A stretch of 64,000 nt of DNA from an uncultured virus (IMG/VR IMGVR_UViG_3300036835_000437) (IMGVR_UViG_3300036835_000437); one strand, 5' to 3'. Counted from the first letter of the stretch, positions 38,308 to 48,891 are shown. Notes: generated by a model not told the origin, from the letters alone. Made by a program: numbers and translations.

Positions 38308-38940
38308 ATGAGAGTGCTCTACAACATGGACAGCGGTGTGCCCGGCGTGCGTCTCGCCACCAAGAAGGACGAGGGTGAGATATTCGGCCTGCTCATCATG
38401 CTGCATGCCGAGAACGGCTTCTTCACCATGAACCGCGACAAGGTGATTGCCGGCATTCAGCACGCGACCGAGCGGCGCGGCGGCATCATCTACGTCATCG
38501 ACGAGGGGCCGAGAGTCGTTGCGACTCTAGGGATGACGATCTCGGTCGATTGGTACAGCGATGACGAGTACCTGCACGAGCGCTGGAACTTCGTGCACCC
38601 AGACTATCGCAAGAGCGACTATGCCAAGAGGCTATTGAACCAAGCGATGTGGTCGCACGAATGGTTCAAGGCGCACGGCAAGCTGATGCCGTTCTACTGC
38701 GGGATCAACTCGCTGGAGCGCACCGAGGCGAAGATCAGGATGTACGCGCGCCACATGCCACTGATCGGCGCCTACTTCGCCTACGGCATGGCGCCGCGTC
38801 AGCAGGAAGCTACCGCGCAGGAGATGCGCGCGATCGAGGAACGGACGCGCAAGAGCAACGCTGCACACACCAGAGAGGTCCGTCCGGCAGTGGAGACGTT
38901 GATTCGCGTCACTCAGCGCCAGGAGGAAAGCCATGTGTAA
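38308..38940 (+). CDS. GNAT-fold acetyltransferase-like protein
   Basis: VRLAT..D, FVHPDYRKS.YAKRLL acetyl-CoA-binding-like motif. Confidence 0.65.
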   Translation: MRVLYNMDSGVPGVRLATKKDEGEIFGLLIMLHAENGFFTMNRDKVIAGIQHATERRGGIIYVIDEGPRVVATLGMTISVDWYSDDEYLHERWNFVHPDYRKSDYAKRLLNQAMWSHEWFKAHGKLMPFYCGINSLERTEAKIRMYARHMPLIGAYFAYGMAPRQQEATAQEMRAIEERTRKSNAAHTREVRPAVETLIRVTQRQEESHV

Positions 38941-41900
38941 GAGCGGCGGCGGCTCACCTCCTGTCCCGAGCGCGTCTTCGACCACGTTCAACTCTACGGT
39001 CACGCCCAATGCGCCGGCCGGCGCGCTCTACACCGACTTCCTGAACCGCGCCAACGCGCTGTCCAATACGCCGTTCAACCCGGCGATGCTGGGCTCGGTG
39101 GCGCCGATGAACGCGCAGCAGCTGCAGGGCGGCAATCAGCTGTTCACCCTCGGCATGGACATGGGTACCTTCCATCCCGAGCAGGTAAAGGCGCTCGAGT
39201 CGCCCTACACCGAGGACGTGGTTAACGCCACGCAGAACTGGTTCAACAACCAGAATGCGATCCAGGGCAATGACTTGATCAGCCAAGCCATCCGCTCTGG
39301 CAATGCCTTCGGCGGCGACCGAGCCGGCGTTGCCGAGGGCATCCTCGCCGGGCAGCAGCAGCTGGCGCAGGCTCCGGTGATCGCGGGACTGAGACAGGCC
39401 GGCTACACCCAGGCGCTGGACGAGTACAACAAGCTCAAGCAGTTCGGCATCCAGGGCGCTGGCGCGGCGCTGGGTTGGGGCGGCTTGCTGCAGCAGCAAT
39501 CGCAGCGCGAGCTGGATGTCGCGCAGCAGAACGCGATGCTGTCGTCGGCCTATCCGTTCCAGACCATGAACTGGTACGGCTCGATCCTTGGTGGCATCGC
39601 GCCGCTGCTTGGCACGACGGCGTCAGGCGCCAACAATCCGCCCACCGCTGGCGGCACCGGCCTCGGTGCTGCGAGTGCGGCGGTCGGCCTGGGCACCGCA
39701 GCGCTCGGCGCCTTCGGCGGTGGCGGCACTGCTGGTCCCGGTCAGAAGGATGGCGGCATCGTGGGCCGCGCGCGCGGCGGCATCGTCGGCCCCTACCGGT
39801 TTGGCGGTCTCGTCGGTCACTACGACGATGGCGGCGATGTCTTCGGCAGTGAGCCGCTCGGTGGCCCGAGCGACATCGGTTACCGGACAGACGACGACGA
39901 TCGGCCCAGCAGGAGCGAGGAGCCGCCGCCGTCCAGGTCTACGTCCTCGCCCCGTCTGGCGCCGACGACGGCGACCAGCGCGGGCGGCAGCTGGGGGCGC
40001 AACGTCGGGCAGCTGAAGACCTCGGCCCGGCAGCTGCCGCAGCCGGTGTTCCCGAGCACGGGCGGTGGTGGCAGCACGACGCAGCCGAAGAGTGAGGCCG
40101 AGCAATGGATGAACCTGGGTACGTCGGCGATCAAGCTTGGCGCTGCGGCGGCGCCCTACCTTGCGATGCTGTCCGACCCCAAGACCAAGACCGACGTGCA
40201 GCGTGTCGGCAGGACCGATGACGGCGAGCCACTGTATGGCTTCCGCTACAAGGGCGACCCGAAGACCTACCCGAAGGTGGTCGGGCCGATGGCCGTGCCT
40301 CACCACGCCGAAGGCGGGCGTGTTCGCAAGCAGTTCGATCCGGTGGGAGACCCAGGCCCTGGCGGGCTGTGGGGCTGGTCGCTCTCACATCTGCCGCGCG
40401 GCAAAGAGATGTTCGGGATGCGCTCCGAGGCCACGCAGGCCGAGATGGCGCGCAGAGGGATCGCGGCGAACCCGCCGCCTTCCATCCTGGAAAGCATTAT
40501 CAGTCCGCAGTCTTCGAGCGTCAGAGACGCGATACGCCGGGGCCACATCGAGTCATTGCAGCAGACCGGGGAGGACTATCGCCCTGAACGCCGATTCGCG
40601 TGGGGTGGTGGCGTGCCGCATCTGCGACACGGTGGCTTTGGCGGCCACCAAGCGAGTGAAGGTGAGGAGGAGGCTCTTATAGGTACGCGGCTGCGCCAGC
40701 TGGGCTTTGCGCGTGGCGGGCTTGTCAACTACTACGACGACGGCGGTGATGTTGATGAACCGCTCACGATGACTGACCTGGGTGTGCTCAGCCCTGGTGG
40801 ACGTGCCTTACCGGAGAGCATCTCTGGTCCTGTGCGCGGTTCGCCCGGTGGATTACCGGAGCAGGCCGCAGATATGCCTAACCTTGCACGGGTACGCGAG
40901 CGCTTCCGTCCTGTGCTGGAGAACGACCCCAAGCTCGCCCGGCAGTTCGACATCAACACGACGGCCGAGGTTGGTACGGACCCCAATGCGAGGAGAGCCT
41001 ATCAGGCGCTGACGCTGGATCGTGCTGCAGCTCGTGGTGAGAGCCTGCCCTACACCTTGAGCCGGGGGCCGGGCACGCCCGACCGGTACTATCCTGGTAC
41101 GACCACCAACGCGACCCGACCGTCCGGGATGGGCGTGGCGCCCTCGATCTGGATGGGCGCCAATCCGGTGAACTTCGCCACCGGCAACGCTAGTTACGAC
41201 CCCAAGACCGGGCGTTATGTGGGCTTCGCAGGTGGGCCGCAGACCGGCTCGGTCGCGACCGGCAGCGGTACCGAGTATGCCGGCATCGAGGGGCCCGACC
41301 TCGCTGCTGCGCGGCGCTTCGGCTACACGGGTCCATCGAGTACGGGGATTGGCCCACGCGGGCCACAGGGCACACAGGCGATCTCCGCCAAGATGGTCGA
41401 TGAGGGCGGCGACCGGGGCGAGAAGTCTGCTGCCGGTCCTGAGACCCGCAGCAGCGCTGAGCGCACCGGCAGCACGCAGCCAAGCTTGCGGTCTGATCGG
41501 ACGGTGGACGCCCTCGCCAAGCCGGCGCCGACCTTTGCCCAGAGGCTGGCGACCAACCCGTTCTGGCAGTTTGGAACGGCTCTAATGGCACGGCCTGGGA
41601 TCAAGGGTCGTGAGGGGCAAGCCATCGGTTCCGCCCTGGAGAGCATGACCTCGCAGCAGCTCAAGGAGCGCAACCGGGTGCTCGATGAGAAGCCGCAGAT
41701 GATCACCCGCCCCGACGGCAGCGTCCACTTCTTGAACAGCGAGGGTCGGCTGACCCAGGTGTTCGGGCCGGATGCGACCAGGACGGCGGTGGAGAAGCGC
41801 GCACAGGAGAAGTGGGACGTCGAGAAGGCTACGCCCAACACGCTCAAGGTCCAGAAGCGCGGGCCCTTCGGTTCGACTACGACAGAGGAGGTTCCCTACA

Positions 41901-43102
41901 CCATCAGTCCAGACGGCACGGTCAAGCCCTTCGCCATACCCGGACAGGAGCAGCCGCCGGCTCAGCCACCTGCACAGCAGCCGCCGCAACGGCAGCAGCC
42001 GCAGGAGCCTCCAGCTGAGCCGCCGCCGGCCGAGCCGCCCGCGTCACCGCCTCCGCCGGCACAGCCAGCACCCAACGCGCCGGCAGTGCCGTCGGTGAAG
42101 GCGCCGACCATCCGCCAGTCTGAGACGCAGCCACAGCCACAGCCGCAGCAGGCCGCGACCGGCCCCGCCAACATCGAGAGGCGCACACAGCAGGCGTGGG
42201 AGAACGGGCAGGTCGCTCCGATTGGAACCGTCACCAATCCTGGCGCGGGACAGCGCAACGAGAGTGCGCTGCAGGGGCTAACCCCGGATGAGCAGCGCAT
42301 CGTCAAGGGGATTGCCGACTATACCATTGATCCCAACAAGGTGTTCACCGGCAAGAAGGGGGCAGAGCAGCGTCCGGCCGCCATCAACAAGGTGATGGAA
42401 TACGACCCGGGCTACGACGCGAAGAACTTCCCCACCCGCTCGCAGGCGCTGAAGGAGTTCGGGGTCAATGGCCAGTCCAGGAAGAACCTTGAGTCGAACA
42501 GCATGGTGCTTGAGCATGCTGGCGACCTGATGACGGCGATCGAGAAGCTCAACAACTACACCTACGCGCCGGGCATCATGAACCCGATCACCGGCAAGTT
42601 CTCGGAGCAGACCGATCCTAAGTATCAGGCGGCTCTGGCGGAGTTCAGGACCGCAGCTACTGGTGTCGCGACCGAGATGGGTAAGACGTTTCGTGGCGTC
42701 GGCTCGATGAGCGAGCGGGAGGTTAAGCACTGGGAGGGGATCATCGCCGGTCAGTACGACAGCCCGGTTGCATTGCGGGCCGCGATCAAGACTGGTGTCG
42801 GCATGGTGTTGGGACGCACCAACGCAATCGCCAACGCGCACAACATTGCGATGGGCCCGCAGTACGAACGTGACGGCGAGAGCTTCCTCGCTCCCAAGGC
42901 GAGGGAGACGATCGCGCGCGCCAATGCCATGGACCCGGAGAAGCCTTCTCCGCCGTCGCGGTTCGGCGTGACGCCAGATAAGCCGAGCGGCGGCGCTGGA
43001 GAGCCGGTTAGGGTTCAGTCGCCCGCTGAGGCGCTCAAGCTCCCGCCCGGCACCCCCATCATCATGCCTGACGGCAGAACCGGTACGGTGCCGCAGAGGT
43101 AG
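38933..43102 (+). CDS. Large DNA ejection/pilot-type protein
   Basis: MCKSGGGS...T N-terminus, SPYTEDVVNAT, AFGGDRAGV, QQQSQRELD...YP (pilot-protein-like); internal S74-like SD..K motif. Confidence 0.7.
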   Translation: MCKSGGGSPPVPSASSTTFNSTVTPNAPAGALYTDFLNRANALSNTPFNPAMLGSVAPMNAQQLQGGNQLFTLGMDMGTFHPEQVKALESPYTEDVVNATQNWFNNQNAIQGNDLISQAIRSGNAFGGDRAGVAEGILAGQQQLAQAPVIAGLRQAGYTQALDEYNKLKQFGIQGAGAALGWGGLLQQQSQRELDVAQQNAMLSSAYPFQTMNWYGSILGGIAPLLGTTASGANNPPTAGGTGLGAASAAVGLGTAALGAFGGGGTAGPGQKDGGIVGRARGGIVGPYRFGGLVGHYDDGGDVFGSEPLGGPSDIGYRTDDDDRPSRSEEPPPSRSTSSPRLAPTTATSAGGSWGRNVGQLKTSARQLPQPVFPSTGGGGSTTQPKSEAEQWMNLGTSAIKLGAAAAPYLAMLSDPKTKTDVQRVGRTDDGEPLYGFRYKGDPKTYPKVVGPMAVPHHAEGGRVRKQFDPVGDPGPGGLWGWSLSHLPRGKEMFGMRSEATQAEMARRGIAANPPPSILESIISPQSSSVRDAIRRGHIESLQQTGEDYRPERRFAWGGGVPHLRHGGFGGHQASEGEEEALIGTRLRQLGFARGGLVNYYDDGGDVDEPLTMTDLGVLSPGGRALPESISGPVRGSPGGLPEQAADMPNLARVRERFRPVLENDPKLARQFDINTTAEVGTDPNARRAYQALTLDRAAARGESLPYTLSRGPGTPDRYYPGTTTNATRPSGMGVAPSIWMGANPVNFATGNASYDPKTGRYVGFAGGPQTGSVATGSGTEYAGIEGPDLAAARRFGYTGPSSTGIGPRGPQGTQAISAKMVDEGGDRGEKSAAGPETRSSAERTGSTQPSLRSDRTVDALAKPAPTFAQRLATNPFWQFGTALMARPGIKGREGQAIGSALESMTSQQLKERNRVLDEKPQMITRPDGSVHFLNSEGRLTQVFGPDATRTAVEKRAQEKWDVEKATPNTLKVQKRGPFGSTTTEEVPYTISPDGTVKPFAIPGQEQPPAQPPAQQPPQRQQPQEPPAEPPPAEPPASPPPPAQPAPNAPAVPSVKAPTIRQSETQPQPQPQQAATGPANIERRTQQAWENGQVAPIGTVTNPGAGQRNESALQGLTPDEQRIVKGIADYTIDPNKVFTGKKGAEQRPAAINKVMEYDPGYDAKNFPTRSQALKEFGVNGQSRKNLESNSMVLEHAGDLMTAIEKLNNYTYAPGIMNPITGKFSEQTDPKYQAALAEFRTAATGVATEMGKTFRGVGSMSEREVKHWEGIIAGQYDSPVALRAAIKTGVGMVLGRTNAIANAHNIAMGPQYERDGESFLAPKARETIARANAMDPEKPSPPSRFGVTPDKPSGGAGEPVRVQSPAEALKLPPGTPIIMPDGRTGTVPQR

Positions 43103-43104
43103 CG

Positions 43105-46100
43105 ATGGCCGAAGACCCCTGGGCGGCGTTCAATCCGCAGCCGGCGCCCCAGGCGAGGGCCGATGATCCGTGGGCGCAGTTCAATCCGCAACCCGCACCT
43201 AAGCCGGAAGAGCGCAGCGTGTTGCGTCGCGCCTTGGAGGCGCCGATCGAGAGCATCAAGGAGAGCGGGCAGGCGATTGCCAAGCCATTCATTCCGCCGA
43301 AGACCAAGGAGGAGCTGGCGGAGAGGAGAGGTCCCATCGCCGGCCTCGGCGAGACTGGCAGCGCCATTCTCAGCGCGGCCGGCGCGATCCCAGGCGCGAT
43401 CCTCTCGCCGGTCCAGTCCTTGGTCTCGTCCGGTCTGGCGGCGATCACCCCGGGTGAGAAGACCTCCGAGCAGAAGTACCAGGAGTGGATGCCCAAGGTG
43501 GGCACCGCCTTCATGGGGCTCGGTCGCTCGCCGGGTATTGCTGGTGCTGGCAAGTTCCCGATGCCCGACCCGATCCTGGAGCGGGTGAAGAAGGTCCCCG
43601 CCCAGACCAAGGAGGCCGAGGTCGGGCGCTTCCTGGAGAGCCAAGCCACTGATCCCGACAAGCTGCGCGCCGATCTCGCGGCGCCGGGCCAAGAGATCGT
43701 GCCGGGCTCCCAGCCCACCACACACCAGCTCACCGGGCAGCTCGGGCAGCAGGAGCGGGTCGCGGCGCGCACCGACCCGGAGATGGTGGAGAAGTTCAAG
43801 CAGCGGCAGGCCGCCCAGAACCGTGCCCGCCAGGAGGCCTTCGAGGGCGCCGAGGGCACGGGCTCGCCGGCCCAGGTCTCGCAGCACCTGCGCAACGAGC
43901 TGAACCGGGAGAACGCCGCCAACGAGCAGGCGATCCGGGTCGCCGAGCAGCAGGCCTTCGATGCCCAGCAGCGGCTTGGCGCCGAGTACGACCCCACTGT
44001 CATGGGCGAGCGCATGCGCCGCGAGATCGAGATCGCGGAAGCGGCGGCGCGTGAGCGTGAGCGTGGGCTGTGGGAACAGGTCAACCCCGACGGCACATTG
44101 GTTGCTGATCCCGCCGGCATCCAAGCGGTCGAACGGGGCATATACAGCCCCGCAAGGATGACACCCACGGCACGGGCGGGGGTCTCCCAGGCTGAGGGGG
44201 AGATCAGCAACCTTATCCAGAACTACGGGCGCTACATCCCGTTCCAGGAACTCACCGACCTGCGCTCGCTGGTGTCGACCAGGATGCGGGAAGAGCGCAT
44301 GGCGCGCGGCGCCAACTCACCGTCGTTTGCGCGCCTCGTAAGACTTCGTCAGGGCATCGAGGACGCGCTGGTGTCGAGCGTGTCGGACGTGCGGCCAGAG
44401 GGAGTGGCGCGCGGTGCCGGTGCCATCGGTGCCCAGGAGCGGGTGCAGGCGGCGAGTGCAGCGACCAGGGAGCGCGCGCAGCAGTTCAATCCGTTGCGGA
44501 ACATCACCCGCAGCGAGGCGGGCGAGGCCTACAAGATGGGCCCGTCCTCGGTCCCAGGGAAGATCGTGCAGCCTGGGGCCAAGGGCTACGACAGCGTGTC
44601 GAACTACCTGCGCGCTGTCGGTAATGACGCCGGCATGTCCACGGTGCAGGACGCGCTGCTTGCTCGCGTGCGCGCCGAGGTGTTCGACCGCGCCGGCACG
44701 CCGCAGCAGGCACAGAACAGGCTTGAGGGCTTCTTCCGGCGTTACGGGGACACGCTGCGCGCCATTGACGAGCGCGACGGCGGAGCGTTCTCGCAGCAGC
44801 TGCGCAATGCTGGGGGCGCCCAGGGTGCCGTTGAAGCTGCGCAGCTACGGCAACGGACGGCGCAAGCCACACAAGCCACCGACCAGTTCAAGAAGCTGAC
44901 CGGCCTCACCGAGGACGCCGACATCGCCAGCGCGGTTGGCAACATCTTCGGCAAGCAGGACTCCGTGCAGCGCGCGGCCGAGCTGATGCGTCGGCTCGGT
45001 GGCAACCCTGCGGCGCAGGAGGGTGCCCGCCGTGCTGTCATCCAGCACATGCGTAACGTCCTGACCGGCGACGTGCTGGTGGGCGATACGCCCAACGTGC
45101 GGGCGCAGGCGTTCCAGAAGTATGTGCGGCTCAACAAGCCCGCGCTGCAGCAGATACTGCGTCCCGAGCAGATGGAAACCCTGGAGCTGATCGCGCGCGA
45201 TCTGCTGCGTGAGACCCGTACGAACCAGACCAAGGCTGTGGGTGGCGGCTCCGACACCTATCAGATGTTCAAGGCCGGCGAGAAGAAGGAGGGCGTGGTC
45301 AGGGGCATTGCCAAGAAGCTCACGAGCCCGCTGGTGGGCAAGGTCATCACGCACTGGCTAGCTGGCACCTTCGGTGGACCGGCGGCGTCGGTGGCGCTGG
45401 CGGTGGGCGAGGGCGGCATAGAGGCCGCCAGGGCGGCGCGAGCCGGGCGCAGGGCGCAGGAGGCCATCGACATCCAGCGCATGATCGATGAGGCCATGCT
45501 CGATCCTGCTAAGGCGAAAGAGTATCTCGGCAAGACCCACACCTACAAAGCAAGGACCCCAGGTGCAAAGGCAATCCTCGGATATGAAGCGGGTGCAGCC
45601 GAGAAACAGCGGCAGCAGCTACCAACACGCCAGACGGGCGGCGCGGTTCCTGCGCTTGGCGGCACAGGAGGGCGATCCCCAGGAGCGCGCGAGGTTGCTC
45701 GATCTCGCCAAGCACGCCCTGGGTCAACGCAAGCTCTACAGGATGGTGGAGAAGCGGGGAACCAAGAAGCCCGTGCGCAAGGTGGCCGCGAGCGCCTCGG
45801 CGCCGCGCTGAGCAGCGCTGGTCCGTTCGGCGGTTCGCCTGCCGGTGGCGGCGAGATGACCGGCGGCACGTTCAAGACCAGGGCCAAGGGCCCAGAGCCG
45901 CTGACCCGCCAGAAGGTGGTCGATACCCTCAAGCAACACGGCGTCACCGATCCCGAGGTGCTCAAGGGCTGGACCGAAGGCTGGCCCCATACCGCTGAGT
46001 CGCGTGCTGAGGGTGGTGGCGTCAAGCGCAGGCTCCCCGAGGGGCTGTCACAGACAGACGTGGATGCAGCGCTGCATGGCCCGGGCTGGGAGAGGATACC

Positions 46101-48891
46101 CGGCGCGCCAGAGCACAGCGAGGCGCAGAGGTTCTATCCCCGCATGCGGGTCAATCCCGATGCGTGGGATGCGCGCTTCGGGCCACGCGGCGATGCGCCT
46201 GAGAGCACCAACATCGAGGATCGGCGTGCCCGAGGTGGGAGTATCGAGTTCCTGCAGGGCGGCGGTGGTACCGACCCGATACCGACCCCTCCTCCGGTGG
46301 ACCCGACCCCACCGCCGACACCCGAGCCGGCGGCTGACCCGATTGCCGGCAGTGATCTGATCCACCCACCCCTGCCGGATGACCAGAACCAGCAGCGCAA
46401 GCAACAGCTCGGGCTGGTCCCCGGCATGTTCGCTGAGGGGGGCGACGTCGAACGAAGTGAACCGACGTGGCGGGAGATGCTGGACCCGAAGGTCCTTGGC
46501 ATGGCCGCGCAGATGTACCTCGGCATCCCGTACATGGTGCTTGGTGCCGCCGCTGGTGGTCTTGGGAACAGGCTCTATGGCGATCCCGAGCGGTTCTTTC
46601 CGATGACACGCAGCGAGGAAAGCAAGATGCGGCGGCGGGAGCGGGAATCGCCGTCGCCGTATGCCGAAGGTGGCGACGTCGAGGGCTATGACTTCGAGAA
46701 GGATAGGCTTCCGCCTCCGCCCGGCATGGCGGGTGGCGGACTTCTCCGCAGCGGCATCGAGAGCATCCTCATGCCGACCCGGCGGGCGGCAACGCGAGGG
46801 TTGTCTAGGCCGGTGCGTGACCTACCGCAGAAGACCCTCACGGTCGGCGGCGAACCGTTCACCCCGCGCCCGAGCCCCGAGGTGCGGCAGCTGGCGCAGC
46901 AGTACATGGAAGAGAAGGGGCTGCCCTACCGGACGCTGGAGAACTACGTCCCGGTGGACGTGCCGCGCGCGAAGGCGATTGCGCATGAGTACGACATCAT
47001 GCCCCACCTCCCGGAGGACCCCTCGATCCAGCGCGCCTACGACGCGCTCGCGCGTGAGACCCGCGATCAGTACGAGATGCTGCAGCGGGCGGGCAATTAT
47101 AAGTTCGAACCGTTCAAGCCCGGCCCGGTAGGGAGCGACCCCTACGCCGCCAATCCCCGGCTGGCGCAGAAGGACTTCCTTGAGAACAAGCACATGTACT
47201 ACTTCCCGAGCGAGCAGGGCTTCGGGCTGCCCGGCGAGGAGGCCTTTGCCAAGGCCAACCCGATGATGGCCCCATCGGGGGTCAAGATCGAGGGCAAGGA
47301 GGTGCCGTTCAACGATCTGTTCCGGGTCGTGCACGACGTCTTTGGGCACCACAAGGAGGGCTTCGGCTTCCGAGCTGCGGGCGAGGAGAACGCATGGCGC
47401 TCGCACGGGCGCATGTATTCCCCCGAGGCGCTGCCGGCGATGACGGCAGAGACCCGAGGTCAGAACAGCTGGGTCAACTTCGGGCCGCACGCCGAGTTCA
47501 ACAAGACTGCGAGCGGCGCTGACACGATCTACGCTCCGCAGAAGATCGGCAGATTACCGGATTGGATCATCCATTCTGGGAGGCTTACCCCACTAGGCAT
47601 CGCGGGCGCCGCAGCCCTGCCCGAGGGTGAGCCTGAGAGGAAGCAGGAAGGCGGCATTGTCGGGGATGATTCGCGTGCTGCCGAGGAAGCCAGGGAGCAC
47701 GCAGCTGCCCGCTCGGCGCGTGCGGTGCAGCCGCGCTCGGTTACAGGTCAGTCCGAAGGGCGTCCAGGCGAGGACGTGGAGGACCCCTGGGCCCCCGCCA
47801 AGCGGATCGGCAAGGCGATCTTCGATCCAACCTCGCCCATGGAGTGGGCCATGCTGCCGCTGGGGGTTCCTGGGCGCTTCGGTCGTCCGCTTGCCAAGGC
47901 AGGTATCGCGGCTGTGGGTGGGCTCCTGGACACCATGGGCGAGGCTGAGGCGGGTAAGGCAGCGGCGGCGAGGAAGCTGATCACGCGGCCGGCGATCCAC
48001 ACCGAGCCGCAGATGTTCGACTATTCCAGATTACGGGAGGTGCCGGACGTCCCGCAGTTCGATCTGGAGCGCTATGTGCCGCCGCGCGGTGTGCCTGAGA
48101 CGGCGACCAGCCTAGCCAAACCCGAGAACATCGCGCGGATCAACTCTGTGGTGCGCCAGGGCGCCAAGGCTGGCGGCTTGGAGTGGTACAACACCATGCC
48201 GCTGCGCGAGGCTTTCATCGCGGAGCTGGGACCGGAGCAGGGACCGGCCGCGTTTGCCCGTTACATGGACTACGTGGCCTCGACCAGCCCGCATTCAGCT
48301 GTGCCGATCAACGTGCGCAATGCCAGCTACTACTACGGGCTCGGGCAACGCGGTGATCCGATGCCGACGATGCACATCGAGCAGGTGCTCAACAAGCGCG
48401 GCGTGCACCAGCCGAAGTGGAAGCTCGATGAGCCGTTGCCCAGCCCCTACGGCCACGAGGCACAGACGCTGCACGTTCAGAACGCAACCAACGTGCTCAA
48501 CCAAGGCGGCATCCCGCTTGCGAACCAGAAGCCCGCGAGCTTCTCCCAGAACCTGCAAGGGAACTGGCGCCCGGTCACGATCGACACCCACAACGCGCGG
48601 CTCATCGGGCTGCCCAGGGATGCCCCCTCCAAGACCGAGTACGGCTTCCTGGAAGCGATGCAGCAGCGCGAGGCAGAGCGCCTGGGCATGACGCCCGCCC
48701 AGTATCAGGCCTCGGCCTGGATCGGTGGCGGTGCCGAGACCGGGTTGCGCTCCACTGCTGATCCGTTCCTGCGGGTGTTTGAGCAGCGGGTGCGGCTCAC
48801 TGCGGACAAGACAGGCGTGCCGCCCGAGCAGGTCCTGCGAAGGTTCATCCGGGGCGAGATGCCGCTGCTCAAGTTCGGCGGCGGGGTCTAG
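43105..48891 (+). CDS. Giant (1928 aa) multidomain ejection/polyvalent protein
   Basis: DPW.xF N-terminal repeats, long helical body, xxxGG-delimited C-terminal enzyme-like modules. Confidence 0.75.
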   Translation: MAEDPWAAFNPQPAPQARADDPWAQFNPQPAPKPEERSVLRRALEAPIESIKESGQAIAKPFIPPKTKEELAERRGPIAGLGETGSAILSAAGAIPGAILSPVQSLVSSGLAAITPGEKTSEQKYQEWMPKVGTAFMGLGRSPGIAGAGKFPMPDPILERVKKVPAQTKEAEVGRFLESQATDPDKLRADLAAPGQEIVPGSQPTTHQLTGQLGQQERVAARTDPEMVEKFKQRQAAQNRARQEAFEGAEGTGSPAQVSQHLRNELNRENAANEQAIRVAEQQAFDAQQRLGAEYDPTVMGERMRREIEIAEAAARERERGLWEQVNPDGTLVADPAGIQAVERGIYSPARMTPTARAGVSQAEGEISNLIQNYGRYIPFQELTDLRSLVSTRMREERMARGANSPSFARLVRLRQGIEDALVSSVSDVRPEGVARGAGAIGAQERVQAASAATRERAQQFNPLRNITRSEAGEAYKMGPSSVPGKIVQPGAKGYDSVSNYLRAVGNDAGMSTVQDALLARVRAEVFDRAGTPQQAQNRLEGFFRRYGDTLRAIDERDGGAFSQQLRNAGGAQGAVEAAQLRQRTAQATQATDQFKKLTGLTEDADIASAVGNIFGKQDSVQRAAELMRRLGGNPAAQEGARRAVIQHMRNVLTGDVLVGDTPNVRAQAFQKYVRLNKPALQQILRPEQMETLELIARDLLRETRTNQTKAVGGGSDTYQMFKAGEKKEGVVRGIAKKLTSPLVGKVITHWLAGTFGGPAASVALAVGEGGIEAARAARAGRRAQEAIDIQRMIDEAMLDPAKAKEYLGKTHTYKARTPGAKAILGYEAGAAEKQRQQLPTRQTGGAVPALGGTGGRSPGAREVARSRQARPGSTQALQDGGEAGNQEARAQGGRERLGAALSSAGPFGGSPAGGGEMTGGTFKTRAKGPEPLTRQKVVDTLKQHGVTDPEVLKGWTEGWPHTAESRAEGGGVKRRLPEGLSQTDVDAALHGPGWERIPGAPEHSEAQRFYPRMRVNPDAWDARFGPRGDAPESTNIEDRRARGGSIEFLQGGGGTDPIPTPPPVDPTPPPTPEPAADPIAGSDLIHPPLPDDQNQQRKQQLGLVPGMFAEGGDVERSEPTWREMLDPKVLGMAAQMYLGIPYMVLGAAAGGLGNRLYGDPERFFPMTRSEESKMRRRERESPSPYAEGGDVEGYDFEKDRLPPPPGMAGGGLLRSGIESILMPTRRAATRGLSRPVRDLPQKTLTVGGEPFTPRPSPEVRQLAQQYMEEKGLPYRTLENYVPVDVPRAKAIAHEYDIMPHLPEDPSIQRAYDALARETRDQYEMLQRAGNYKFEPFKPGPVGSDPYAANPRLAQKDFLENKHMYYFPSEQGFGLPGEEAFAKANPMMAPSGVKIEGKEVPFNDLFRVVHDVFGHHKEGFGFRAAGEENAWRSHGRMYSPEALPAMTAETRGQNSWVNFGPHAEFNKTASGADTIYAPQKIGRLPDWIIHSGRLTPLGIAGAAALPEGEPERKQEGGIVGDDSRAAEEAREHAAARSARAVQPRSVTGQSEGRPGEDVEDPWAPAKRIGKAIFDPTSPMEWAMLPLGVPGRFGRPLAKAGIAAVGGLLDTMGEAEAGKAAAARKLITRPAIHTEPQMFDYSRLREVPDVPQFDLERYVPPRGVPETATSLAKPENIARINSVVRQGAKAGGLEWYNTMPLREAFIAELGPEQGPAAFARYMDYVASTSPHSAVPINVRNASYYYGLGQRGDPMPTMHIEQVLNKRGVHQPKWKLDEPLPSPYGHEAQTLHVQNATNVLNQGGIPLANQKPASFSQNLQGNWRPVTIDTHNARLIGLPRDAPSKTEYGFLEAMQQREAERLGMTPAQYQASAWIGGGAETGLRSTADPFLRVFEQRVRLTADKTGVPPEQVLRRFIRGEMPLLKFGGGV

